Shown here: piece by piece, positions 49,682 through 60,963 of the stretch | Numbering within the stretch: position 1 is the first letter of the stretch | How the letters are laid out: every line of letters begins with the position of its first letter | Source of the DNA: Bacteroidales bacterium | Lineage (GTDB): Bacteria > Bacteroidota > Bacteroidia > Bacteroidales > UBA12077 | Assembly (NCBI GenBank): GCA_028282585.1 | Contig: JANQHR010000047.1 | Coordinates: 84,732 to 148,731, forward strand | Direction of reading: 5' to 3' | Length of the DNA: 64,000 nucleotides | Notes under the pieces: model-generated | Database searches by the model: none | Told to the model about the DNA's origin: nothing | The model's input: the letters and a program-made list of their open reading frames with translations, nothing else | Program-made: the position numbers and the translations under genes

Positions 49682-51175
49682 ATGATGGAAATAGAATTAA
49701 AGAACGAGATAGGTTTAGACCCTGAAAATTGGGAAGATATAAGGTGCTTAGGATATCAAATGGTAGACGATATGGTTGAGTTTTTAAAAAGCATACGTGA
49801 AAAACCAGCTTGGAAAGAAATACCTGAAGAAGTAAAGAATACCTATAAATCAAAACTACCTAAGTATCCATCAAATATAAATGAGGTTTATGAAGAGTTT
49901 AAAAAGAATATTTTTGAATATTCAAAAGGAAACGTCCATCCAAGGTTTTTTTCCTGGGTAGAGGGTAATGGGACTGCTTTTGGTGCACTGTCTGATTTTA
50001 TGGCGAGTACCATGAACTCAAATGTAGCAATTGGAAACCATAGTGCTTTGTATATCGAAAACCAGGTTATTAGCTGGTGTAAAGAAATGATGGGTTTTTC
50101 CGAACAAGCTACAGGCATGTTAGTTAGCGGAGCTTCTATTGCGAATATTACGTCCCTTATTGTTGCCAGAAATGCTGTTTGTGAGAAAATGAAAGAAGAT
50201 GGCTTGTATTCTGTAGGAAAAAAACTAGTTGCTTATTGCAGTGCAGAAACTCATAATTGTGTTACTAAAGCGATTGAAGTGATTGGATTAGGCAACAAGC
50301 AATTAAGAAAAATAGAAGTAAATGATAAATTTGAAATTAATATTAATTCATTAATAAATCAAATTGAACAAGATAAAAAGGATGGCATGCTGCCATTTTG
50401 CATTATAGGAAATGCTGGTACTGTTAATACAGGGGCATTCGATGATTTAAATAGCTTACTGGAAATTACGCAAGCTGAAAATATGTGGCTGCACATTGAC
50501 GGTGCATTTGGAGCGTTGGCAAAATTGGTTCCTGAATACCAGGATAGGTTAAAAGCTATAGAGGAAGCAGATAGCCTGGCTTTTGATTTTCATAAATGGC
50601 TTTATGTAAATTATGAGGTAGCTTGTGTATTAATTAAACATCCTGAACTTCATAGAAAAACGTACGCTTCTCCTGCCAATTACCTTTTAGCTCATGATAG
50701 AGGCCTGGCAGCTGGCCCCGATGCTTTTTCAAATTATGGAATGGAATTATCGAGAGGTTTTAAGGCTTTAAAAGTTTGGATGTCATTAAAAGAAAATGGA
50801 ATTAATAAGTATAAAACACTTATCAGTCAAAATATTCAACAATCAAGGTACCTGGGGCAACAGGTGAGCAAAAATGAAAAGTTAGAATTAATTGCAGAAG
50901 TTTCGCTTAATATTGTTTGTTTCAGGTATGTAAATGGCCAGCTTAATAATGCACAATTAAATGAGTTAAACAAAGAGTTGGTTATGCGTTTGCATGAAAG
51001 CGGAGTTGCAACACCTTCATATACTCTATTGAACGGCATATACGCCATTAGGGTGGCAAACACAAACCATAGGACACGTAAAGCGGACCTGGATATAATA
51101 CTAAAAGAAATTTTAAAGATTGGTGATAAGTTAAGTGTTGAGTTCGTGAAAAAAATTATGTTTAAAAGTAAATAA
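49682..51175 (+). CDS. Group II PLP-dependent amino-acid decarboxylase (aromatic-L-amino-acid/DDC-like)
   Basis: HPRFF, SGASIAN, AGTVNTGAFD, WLHIDGAFG, DFHKW (PLP lysine) and LSRGFKALKVW. Confidence 0.92.
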   Translation: MMEIELKNEIGLDPENWEDIRCLGYQMVDDMVEFLKSIREKPAWKEIPEEVKNTYKSKLPKYPSNINEVYEEFKKNIFEYSKGNVHPRFFSWVEGNGTAFGALSDFMASTMNSNVAIGNHSALYIENQVISWCKEMMGFSEQATGMLVSGASIANITSLIVARNAVCEKMKEDGLYSVGKKLVAYCSAETHNCVTKAIEVIGLGNKQLRKIEVNDKFEININSLINQIEQDKKDGMLPFCIIGNAGTVNTGAFDDLNSLLEITQAENMWLHIDGAFGALAKLVPEYQDRLKAIEEADSLAFDFHKWLYVNYEVACVLIKHPELHRKTYASPANYLLAHDRGLAAGPDAFSNYGMELSRGFKALKVWMSLKENGINKYKTLISQNIQQSRYLGQQVSKNEKLELIAEVSLNIVCFRYVNGQLNNAQLNELNKELVMRLHESGVATPSYTLLNGIYAIRVANTNHRTRKADLDIILKEILKIGDKLSVEFVKKIMFKSK

Positions 51176-51180
51176 TTGTT

Positions 51181-51777
51181 TTGGTGATGGCAGAGTTCAT
51201 TGTATCCTGGTTTTTAACCATCATTCCATTAACCATTAGCCCTGGCCCTGCGAATACTATGTTTGCAGCTACAGGAGCAAGGTTTGGGCTAAAAAATACA
51301 TTGCCTCTTTGGTTCGGAATAAACTTGGTTTGTGTTGTAATTAGTTTATTGGTTGGATTTGGTATTGGAGAGTTTTTATTCGATTATCCAATAATCCAGT
51401 TAGTGCTCAAGTATTTAGCTTCTGCATTTATGGTTTATTTAGCTGTAAAGTTTTTTAAGTCTTCAAAATTTGACAAAAGAGAAGCTAAAGCTCCAGGATT
51501 TATCGATGGAATAATTTTACAGCTATTTAATTTTAAATTTCTATTTATCCCGGTTATCATGTTTTCGCAGTTTTTAAATCCTGAAAAAGTTATTTGGGTG
51601 CAGGTTCTGTTTCTTACGTTAGCACTAACCATTGTAAATATGGCCGGACATATGGTTTGGATTACAGCAGGAGATTTGATTACCAGAAAGTTTAATTCGG
51701 AAAGAGCATATAAAGCACAAAGTTATTTTTTTGGAATTTTATTAGTACTTGTTGCAGTTTGGATGGTTTTAAGATAA
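51181..51777 (+). CDS. LysE/RhtB family exporter
   Basis: ISPGPANT motif; about 6 TM. The start may be ATG 51187. Confidence 0.88.
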   Translation: MVMAEFIVSWFLTIIPLTISPGPANTMFAATGARFGLKNTLPLWFGINLVCVVISLLVGFGIGEFLFDYPIIQLVLKYLASAFMVYLAVKFFKSSKFDKREAKAPGFIDGIILQLFNFKFLFIPVIMFSQFLNPEKVIWVQVLFLTLALTIVNMAGHMVWITAGDLITRKFNSERAYKAQSYFFGILLVLVAVWMVLR

Positions 51778-51787
51778 GTTTGTATGC

Positions 51788-52651
51788 ATGAAACCAAGAT
51801 CCAAAGCTATTACATTTGCCCTGGCCTGTGTTTTTCTATGGGCATTAATACCTGTTGTTGCTAAAATGGGGCAAATAGGGTTAGATAACCATCAATTTTT
51901 ATTTTGGTCTAGCTTAGTTTCGTTTTTAACACTTTTAATTTTAATCATTTTAAAGGGAAACCCGAAAGATATTAAAGAATTAAAAGCTAACTCATGGTTT
52001 CAGGCAATACTTTTGGGGTTGTTAGGTACATATTTATATTATATTCTTTTATATTTTGGTTATGCAAATGCCCAAGGGATTGAGGTGCTGGTAATTCAAT
52101 ACAGCTGGCCCATTTTTGTTGTGCTACTGTCAATTTTTATTTTAAAAGAACAGCTTACGATTTTTAGGGTTGGTTCTATTTTATTAGGATTCGTTGGTGT
52201 ATTTCTGGTATTAACAAAAGGTAATTTTTCTGATATTCAACCAAGCAACTTACGCGTTGTTATATTAGTATTGGTTGCAGCATTTGTTTTTGGTTTATTT
52301 TCAGTTTTAAGCAAAAAAATAAAAATAGAACCACTAACACTAATTAGTATTTATTACCTTACTGCAACCGTTTTATCATTTTTCTCGATGTTGGTTTTTT
52401 CAGAATTTGTTCTTCCAACAAAAGAAACAATTATACCAATTTTAGTAAACGGAATATTTGTAAATGGTATTTCTTATTTATTTTGGATTAAGGCTCTTAA
52501 AGAATCAGAAGCATCTTTTGTTGCACCTTTTGTTTTTTTAACCCCGGTTATATCTACAATTTATTTGGTTTTATTTTTTCAGGAAGAATTTCTTTCGGTT
52601 TATGCAATCGGATTGGGAGCTATTATTCTTGGGGGATTGTTAAATAGATAA
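51788..52651 (+). CDS. DMT (EamA) family transporter
   Basis: Two EamA repeats, about 10 TM, ILKEQLT motif. Confidence 0.88.
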   Translation: MKPRSKAITFALACVFLWALIPVVAKMGQIGLDNHQFLFWSSLVSFLTLLILIILKGNPKDIKELKANSWFQAILLGLLGTYLYYILLYFGYANAQGIEVLVIQYSWPIFVVLLSIFILKEQLTIFRVGSILLGFVGVFLVLTKGNFSDIQPSNLRVVILVLVAAFVFGLFSVLSKKIKIEPLTLISIYYLTATVLSFFSMLVFSEFVLPTKETIIPILVNGIFVNGISYLFWIKALKESEASFVAPFVFLTPVISTIYLVLFFQEEFLSVYAIGLGAIILGGLLNR

Positions 52652-52828
52652 ATTGTAATTCTGATTATTATCAACTTGATATTTATTTCCGGCTTTTAAA
52701 CTTAATGTAATTATCATGAAAATAAAAGGTGCAAAACCTACTTGTTTGTTTTTTGATAGAAGCTTGGCCCATAAAACTATCTCGATTAGCTGATGAAAGA
52801 AATAAAATCGCCCAATAAACTGACAATT

Positions 52829-54097
52829 TTAATCATAAGCTTTTGAGAAAGCCATGTTTTTTAAATCCTGCTCAGATTTTGGAATTCCATACCTTGTGGC
52901 AATTTTCCTCCAACCTTGAACAGCTTTTTTAATTTCATTCATAATATTTTCTGCTTTTTCTTTTGTTAGCCTAAAATATTCATGAACTTCCATGGCAAGG
53001 CCAAGATCAAGTGAATTATCATTTTCAGAAATGTTTAATTTTAAACCAGTGCCTGTTTCATTCGGGTTTATATCATATGCAGGAGATAACTTCCATCCAT
53101 TATTAGAAAGAATAAAACCATGGTTCCTTAAATGATCATCAGTGTTAGAAACACAAATGCTAAAAACAATACGCCTCCACAATTCTTCAAGGTCCTTTTT
53201 TACATTAGCACCATTGTTAGAAATAAATTCTACTAATTCAAGATAACTCGCTCCGTCACTATAATCTTGCCCGTCAGTGTATCCTAACATGGTCATTGCA
53301 GATGCAAAATGAATACGTTCATTATTTTCTTTTCTGTCAAATCGTTTGGTAAGAAATGTATAATAATTTGAAGAAAATTTCTGAGCTATGGATTTGGCCA
53401 TGTTAATACCTGATTTAATGGCTAATTCATATGTTACTACCTCCCAACCTCCAACATCTCCCTGATCATTACGGCTCGGGAATTTGGCAATCCATAAACT
53501 TCCATCGTTAGCGGTAATACTTGCTTTTGGCCTGGCACCACCTAATGAAGAACCCGGTGCGATTAACATATTCAACCAATTAAAATATTCGGGGTCATTT
53601 ATAACATCTTCTTCTTCTAATCTCAAGCTAATTTGTTCTAATTTTCTAAGAGATGTCCATGGAGGGCTGGCTAATTCTTTGTTATCATTTAGGAAAGGGC
53701 CATTTTTTTCTAATTTGAATCTTAGTGCTCCCATTCGATGGCCATCGTAAACACCAAGCAAGTAATCAGTTTCGAATAATTTTTGTTCAGGCCTGTTTTC
53801 TAATCTTACAGAAGCAGCTGCTTTTCTTCTCATTAATAAACGGCCCCAACGGTCTGGAGATGAATCTAAAAATATCCCAAAGTTGGCTTTTTTATCATTG
53901 TTTAAATAATGTAACCCTGAATATAATTGTAATTCTGGGTCGAGTAAAAAAGCATTTTCCGATTTTAACCATTCTTCGGTATATTCAAAGGAAAATACTT
54001 CATGCCCTCTTACTCTTTCAGAATATAAGGCCCCCATTAAAAAAGGAGAATTTATAACTTGCCAATCAGCATAAACATAAATTTTCTTTTTATTCAT
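52829..54097 (-). CDS. hipA: HipA family toxin kinase (type II TA)
   Basis: DSSPDRWGR, P-loop GSSLGGARPK, WIAKFP, NTDDHLRNHG and LSPAYDIN. Confidence 0.93.
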   Translation of the reverse strand: MNKKKIYVYADWQVINSPFLMGALYSERVRGHEVFSFEYTEEWLKSENAFLLDPELQLYSGLHYLNNDKKANFGIFLDSSPDRWGRLLMRRKAAASVRLENRPEQKLFETDYLLGVYDGHRMGALRFKLEKNGPFLNDNKELASPPWTSLRKLEQISLRLEEEDVINDPEYFNWLNMLIAPGSSLGGARPKASITANDGSLWIAKFPSRNDQGDVGGWEVVTYELAIKSGINMAKSIAQKFSSNYYTFLTKRFDRKENNERIHFASAMTMLGYTDGQDYSDGASYLELVEFISNNGANVKKDLEELWRRIVFSICVSNTDDHLRNHGFILSNNGWKLSPAYDINPNETGTGLKLNISENDNSLDLGLAMEVHEYFRLTKEKAENIMNEIKKAVQGWRKIATRYGIPKSEQDLKNMAFSKAYD

Positions 54098-54413
54098 TTT
54101 TCATTCTTTTTGGTGCCCTTTTTTGAGGAGTAAGTTTTGCATCTTGCAATTTTCTTCCTAATATATCGTCTTTAGCCACAAACAGAAAGTCTTTTTCCAG
54201 CCCTAATACCTGTAATACCGAAAAATAAGAACCAATACTTACATTTGGCAATCCCTTCTCAATAGCATATAAGGTTGTTCTACTTATATTTGCTCTTTCA
54301 GCAACTTGCGAAGTACTTAACTTCCTTCTTAATCTAGCCAATCGAATATTTTGCCCAAGTTCGGAAAGTATTTTTTGGGATTTTGGTAATAATATACGTT
54401 TGGTTTTTGCCAT
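54090..54413 (-). CDS. hipB: HipB-like XRE antitoxin
   Basis: GQNIRLARLRRKLSTSQVAERANISRTTLYAIEKG; overlaps the hipA start. ATG 54413 preferred. Confidence 0.85.
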   Translation of the reverse strand: MAKTKRILLPKSQKILSELGQNIRLARLRRKLSTSQVAERANISRTTLYAIEKGLPNVSIGSYFSVLQVLGLEKDFLFVAKDDILGRKLQDAKLTPQKRAPKRMKNE

Positions 54414-54415
54414 AA

Positions 54416-54465
54416 TGTTCAATTTATTGTACAAATATAGTACATTATGTCCATTTAATTAAACA
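54416..54465. promoter_or_regulatory. Two 18-bp imperfect palindromes flanking the hipBA -7 box (candidate autorepression operators)
   Basis: TGTTCAATTTATTGTACA at 54416-54433 and TGTCCATTTAATTAAACA at 54448-54465; TATATTTG on the minus strand at 54432-54439. Confidence 0.55.
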
Positions 54466-54553
54466 TTGAGATATATTTTTTAATGAGTGAGGAAGATTGT
54501 CAGTCTAAACTATAAAGCTTCTTTTAACAACTTCTTTTTTGGATGTATTATAT

Positions 54554-56464
54554 TTAACCTTCCATATTCCAGGTAAGTAAATCTTGTTTATCCTTTATAA
54601 TCTTGTTATTATCCAGAAGCCATTGAATAACTTTTAAGGTTTTTTCCATGTTGTTATTAGTTTTTTCAATTAGGTCATCAATTGAAACAAGATTGTATTG
54701 AAGTAAGTTTTTTATTTTATCTAAGATGAGGTCGAATTCATATTTACTCAAATCCAGTTCATTTCTTCTGGTACAAACATCGCATTGTCCACAACGATCA
54801 GGATTTTTATCACCGAAATAATTTAATAATATCTGACTTCTACACTTATTACTTGACGAGGCATAATGTAGCATTGCATTGATCCTTTCTATATACCTGT
54901 TTTTTCGAAAGTCGTAGTTTTCCTTAGAAATGTGTAAAGACTTATCATCCAAACGTTCTTCAGTAAAAACTATAAATGGATTTTTCTTTTTGGGGATATA
55001 GTTTAAAATTCCTACCGATTTTAAGTTATTAAGGTATTTGTAAACTAATTCAACATCGACATTGGCTTTTTTTGCAATCGATATTTCATCAATATTTACA
55101 TAATCAGAGAATAATCCCGTGTATGACCTTAAAATCAATTTAATAAACCCATCAAATTGAACATTTGCAATCTGAAACTTATATAAATCATCTCGCCCAA
55201 CCAGAAAATGCAATTTTGACTGACTGTAAAGTTCGTCAGTGACTTCAATATAACCCTCACGTTGTAAAAATCTCAAACTGCTATGAATAGTCATAACATT
55301 GAAGTTGTAATTCTTTGCAAAATCAGAAATGACAAAATCGAAAGGCATATGTTTTCCACCCCCGTAAGGAACTTGTAAATAATTTCCGAGTGCCTGGTAT
55401 ACAGCCTTTATTTCTTTTATCTTCGGAAAGTTCCTCTTAATCCTTTGCTCGGCTTTTACTTTATCTGTATTGTTGTATAATAATACAGCAACAGCTCTTT
55501 TTTCATCACGTCCACCACGTCCAGCTTCTTGGAAATATGCTTCAATGCTGTCAGGTAATTCAATATGTATAACAAAACGAACATCAGATTTGTCGATCCC
55601 CATTCCGAAAGCATTGGTAGCTATCATAACCCGAGTTTTTCCAACTTTCCATTCGTTTTGCTTAAGATTTCTCACATTGTGTTCTAAGCCAGCATGATAA
55701 TAATCTGCTGAAATATTATTTTTCTGAAGAAACAATGCGGTTTCTCTTGTTGCTTTTCTGTTTCGGACATAAATTATACCGCTACCTTTTACTTTATTAA
55801 TGGTTTCAACAAGATATTTCATTTTATCGTCCAACTCACGAACCAGGTAAACCAGATTTTTTCTTTCAAAACTCTTTTTAAAAACATTCTTCTCGGTAAA
55901 GCGTAACTTTTCCTGTATATCGTCTACAACCTTAGGAATTGCTGTAGCTGTTAAAGCTAAAAACGGAACGTCGGAAACTATGTCTCTTAAACGAGCAATT
56001 TCCAAATAGGAAGGACGAAAATCATAACCCCATTCCGAAATACAATGAGCTTCATCAATAGCAACCAGGTTAACGTTCATGTGCTTTACGCGAAGTTTAA
56101 AAATTTCAGTAGAAATTCTTTCCGGAGATACATATAGAAATTTAACACCACCATAAATACAATTATCTAAAGCTACTTCAATTTCGTTCTGAGTCATACC
56201 CGAATAAATGGCTAAAGCTTTTATATCTCTTTTTTGCAGGTTTTCAACCTGATCTTTCATTAAAGCAATTAATGGCGTAATAACAATACAAATACCTTCT
56301 TTAGCCATAGCCGGTACCTGGAAAGTAATTGATTTACCCCCACCGGTTGGCATCAGGGCAAGCGTATCTTTTCCTTCCATAACAGACCGGATAATATCTT
56401 CCTGTAATGGCCTGAATTTGGAGTAACCCCAGAATTTAATTAGTATTTGTTCGTATCTATTCAC
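54554..56464 (-). CDS. recQ: ATP-dependent DNA helicase, RecQ family
   Basis: MPTGGGKS, IDEAHCISEWG.DFRP, ALTATA, QEAGRGGRD and Zn-binding CR...CGQCDVC. Confidence 0.95.
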   Translation of the reverse strand: MNRYEQILIKFWGYSKFRPLQEDIIRSVMEGKDTLALMPTGGGKSITFQVPAMAKEGICIVITPLIALMKDQVENLQKRDIKALAIYSGMTQNEIEVALDNCIYGGVKFLYVSPERISTEIFKLRVKHMNVNLVAIDEAHCISEWGYDFRPSYLEIARLRDIVSDVPFLALTATAIPKVVDDIQEKLRFTEKNVFKKSFERKNLVYLVRELDDKMKYLVETINKVKGSGIIYVRNRKATRETALFLQKNNISADYYHAGLEHNVRNLKQNEWKVGKTRVMIATNAFGMGIDKSDVRFVIHIELPDSIEAYFQEAGRGGRDEKRAVAVLLYNNTDKVKAEQRIKRNFPKIKEIKAVYQALGNYLQVPYGGGKHMPFDFVISDFAKNYNFNVMTIHSSLRFLQREGYIEVTDELYSQSKLHFLVGRDDLYKFQIANVQFDGFIKLILRSYTGLFSDYVNIDEISIAKKANVDVELVYKYLNNLKSVGILNYIPKKKNPFIVFTEERLDDKSLHISKENYDFRKNRYIERINAMLHYASSSNKCRSQILLNYFGDKNPDRCGQCDVCTRRNELDLSKYEFDLILDKIKNLLQYNLVSIDDLIEKTNNNMEKTLKVIQWLLDNNKIIKDKQDLLTWNMEG

Positions 56465-56613
56465 TTAAATTGAATTTTAGGGTTTAGTTTTCAAATTACA
56501 TTAAAGTTAAGCTAGCCAAAATCCTAAATAATGTTAAAAAAATCAAATCTATCGATATTATCAGAATTTCACCTGATATTAAGCTAATTTTTTGTAATTT
56601 GGCACAATTTTAA

Positions 56614-58113
<1,500 letters not shown>

Positions 58114-58145
58114 ATTAACTAAATACTCGAATTAAACCTTTAACA

Positions 58146-60083
58146 ATGAAAAAAGTAGGCTTAATAATTTGCTCTTTGTTAATTACTTTTAGTTCTTTTT
58201 CACAAAAGGTAAACGATGAAGTTTTATTAACTATTGATGATAAAAAGATTACAAAAGAAGAATTTCAACGTATTTATAATAAGAATAAAACAAACTTATC
58301 AACAGGCGAAGTTACCCCTATTGATGAATATCTTGATCTTTTTATCAATTTTAAATTAAAAGTATTAGAAGCCGAAAAACAAGGTTATGATACTTTAAAA
58401 ACATTCGTTAAAGAATTTGAAGGATACAAAGATCAGTTAGCCAGCCCTTATCTAATGGATAAGGAGGTAAATGAAAGAATCATTAAAGAAGCATACGAAC
58501 AAATGCAATATGAAGTAAGGGCAAGCCATATTTTAGTAAAAATTGCTCCTGAAGCACTTCCTAAAGATACACTTGAGGCTTATAATAAAGCAATGGACCT
58601 TCGTTTAAGAATTGTTAGGGGAGAACCTTTTGAAAAAGTTGCGAGAGGAAGTTCCGATGATCCGTCAGTTAAAACTAATGGTGGTGATTTAGGATATTTT
58701 ACTGTTTTTCAAATGATTTATCCTTTTGAAAGTGCTGCATATAATGCCCAAATTGGAGAAATTACTAAACCGGTTAGAACACGTTTCGGATATCATGTAG
58801 TAATGGTTAAGGATAAAAGAAAAGCACAAGGGCAAGTTAAAGTAGCCCATATAATGTTAACGGTTCCCAGAGGAACAACACCGGAAGTTACTAGAGAAAA
58901 AAAACAAAAAATTAATGACATATACCATAAGGCAAAACAAGGAAATGATTTTGCTAAATTAGCTAAAGAATATTCAGATGATAAAGGTTCTGCACGCAAT
59001 GGCGGCGAGTTACCATGGTTTGGGGCAGGAAGAATGGTTGAAGAATTTGAGAAAGCAGCGTTTGAATTAAAATTTAATGGTGAAATCTCACAACCAATTC
59101 GTACAAGTTTTGGTTGGCATATTATTAAAAGAATTGATCGAAAAGAAATTCCGGGTTATGAAGAGGCTATTAGTGATATAAAAAGAAAAGTTGGTAGGGA
59201 TCAAAGAGCAGATGTGGGAAGAAAATCATTAATAAACAAACTAAAGAAAGAATATAATTTTGTTGAGTATAAAGAAAATGCTCCGGTGACATATGATACT
59301 ATTAATAATGTTTTTGTATTAAAAAAAGACTATTTAACGGAAAATGCTTCTTTAAATAAATCATTATTTAGTTTTTTGGATAATAATTACAAAGAAAAAG
59401 ATTTTGCAGAGTACGTTGAAGGTCAAAAAGGTAGAAATGAACTTCGCCCATACGATTATAAACTGTTGTATGATAAATTTATTGAAAATAAGATCCTTGA
59501 AATTGAGAAATCACGTTTGACGGAAAAATACCCTGATTATAAGTATATTTTGCAAGAATATTACGATGGAATGTTACTTTTTGAAATAACTGATAAAAAT
59601 GTTTGGTCGAGGGCGGTAGAAGATTCCGTTGGATTAAAAGATTATTTTAACAAGAATAGAAAATCCTATATGTGGGATGAAAGATGGAAAGGATCACTTT
59701 ATTATTGTTCAAATCAACAAATATATGATAGAGTAGCTAAAATTATTGATAAAAAAAGTTTTGGAAACAAAATAACAAATCAAGATCTACTAGATCAGAT
59801 TAATACAGAAGAAGAGGTATTAAAAATTGAAAATGGCATTTACGAAAAGGGCAAAAATGAATTAATTGATTATCTGATTTGGAAAAAAGGAAAAAATAAA
59901 CCTGAATATAAGTTTATTTTATACAAAGGAAAGAAAATTGAACCAACTGAAAAGGAACTTTCTGAATGTAAAGGATTAGTGATATCCGACTACCAGGATT
60001 ATTTGGATAAAGAGTGGATAAAAAGTTTAAGAGATAAATACAATATACAGGTGGATAATTCAGTTTTATCATCTATAAAATAA
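58146..60083 (+). CDS. Parvulin-type peptidylprolyl isomerase (two PpiC domains)
   Basis: RASHIL, GGDLGYF, RTRFGYH, KVAHIM, GGELPWFG and RTSFGWH. Confidence 0.92.
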   Translation: MKKVGLIICSLLITFSSFSQKVNDEVLLTIDDKKITKEEFQRIYNKNKTNLSTGEVTPIDEYLDLFINFKLKVLEAEKQGYDTLKTFVKEFEGYKDQLASPYLMDKEVNERIIKEAYEQMQYEVRASHILVKIAPEALPKDTLEAYNKAMDLRLRIVRGEPFEKVARGSSDDPSVKTNGGDLGYFTVFQMIYPFESAAYNAQIGEITKPVRTRFGYHVVMVKDKRKAQGQVKVAHIMLTVPRGTTPEVTREKKQKINDIYHKAKQGNDFAKLAKEYSDDKGSARNGGELPWFGAGRMVEEFEKAAFELKFNGEISQPIRTSFGWHIIKRIDRKEIPGYEEAISDIKRKVGRDQRADVGRKSLINKLKKEYNFVEYKENAPVTYDTINNVFVLKKDYLTENASLNKSLFSFLDNNYKEKDFAEYVEGQKGRNELRPYDYKLLYDKFIENKILEIEKSRLTEKYPDYKYILQEYYDGMLLFEITDKNVWSRAVEDSVGLKDYFNKNRKSYMWDERWKGSLYYCSNQQIYDRVAKIIDKKSFGNKITNQDLLDQINTEEEVLKIENGIYEKGKNELIDYLIWKKGKNKPEYKFILYKGKKIEPTEKELSECKGLVISDYQDYLDKEWIKSLRDKYNIQVDNSVLSSIK

Positions 60084-60947
60084 TTGAAAATGACAAAGCT
60101 TGGGTTTCAAATAATCGTTTTAATGATTTTTATTGTTTTTACGCTTTCATGTAAAAAAAGTAATAACGAAATTGAGGATAAACCATTAGCAAAGGTTCAT
60201 AATAAATATTTATATGAATCAGATATGGAGGGGTTGTTTAATTCTAATGTTACTAATGAAGATAGTGTAATTATAGCCAGAAATTTTATCAACGATTGGG
60301 TAAAAAAACAGTTATTACTTGAAAAAGCGGAAGAAAACTTAAATGAGAAGAGTAAAGATATAGAGAAGGAAATTGAAGATTACAGATCATCGCTGTTAAT
60401 TTTCAGATACAAACAAGAACTTATTAATCAAAAGCTTGATACAGTTATAACAGATGAAGAAATTGAAGAATACTACAATGAATATTCCGGAAATTTTATT
60501 CTAAACCATAATATTGTTAAGGTACTTTATTTAAAAGTATCAAAAGAAGCTCCTGAAATTGATAAGGTTCGATGGTGGTATAAATCTAACAGTCCTGATA
60601 ATATATCTAGGTTGGAGGATTATAGTTATCAATATGCAACTAAATTCGATGATTTCGAAAATAAGTGGATACCATTTAATAATCTTTTACTTGAATTACC
60701 AACCAATATTGAAGATCAGGAAAGATATTTAAAGTACTATAAGCATATTGAAACAGAGGATGATTTGTACTATTATTTTGTTAAATTAAATGATTATTCT
60801 TTGAAAAGTACTGTTCAACCTTTAGAATATGCACAATCAAAAATCAAAAGCATTTTATTAAACAAGCGAAAGTTCGCATATATTGATGAACTTGAGAATT
60901 CCGTATATAATGACGCATTAAATCGTAACGAGTTTATAATCTATTAA
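60084..60947 (+). CDS. Lipoprotein, PPIase/foldase-associated
   Basis: Lipobox TLSC and PLAKVHNKYLY; lies between two PPIase genes. Confidence 0.7.
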   Translation: MKMTKLGFQIIVLMIFIVFTLSCKKSNNEIEDKPLAKVHNKYLYESDMEGLFNSNVTNEDSVIIARNFINDWVKKQLLLEKAEENLNEKSKDIEKEIEDYRSSLLIFRYKQELINQKLDTVITDEEIEEYYNEYSGNFILNHNIVKVLYLKVSKEAPEIDKVRWWYKSNSPDNISRLEDYSYQYATKFDDFENKWIPFNNLLLELPTNIEDQERYLKYYKHIETEDDLYYYFVKLNDYSLKSTVQPLEYAQSKIKSILLNKRKFAYIDELENSVYNDALNRNEFIIY

Positions 60948-60963
60948 AATAAAACATCTTAAA

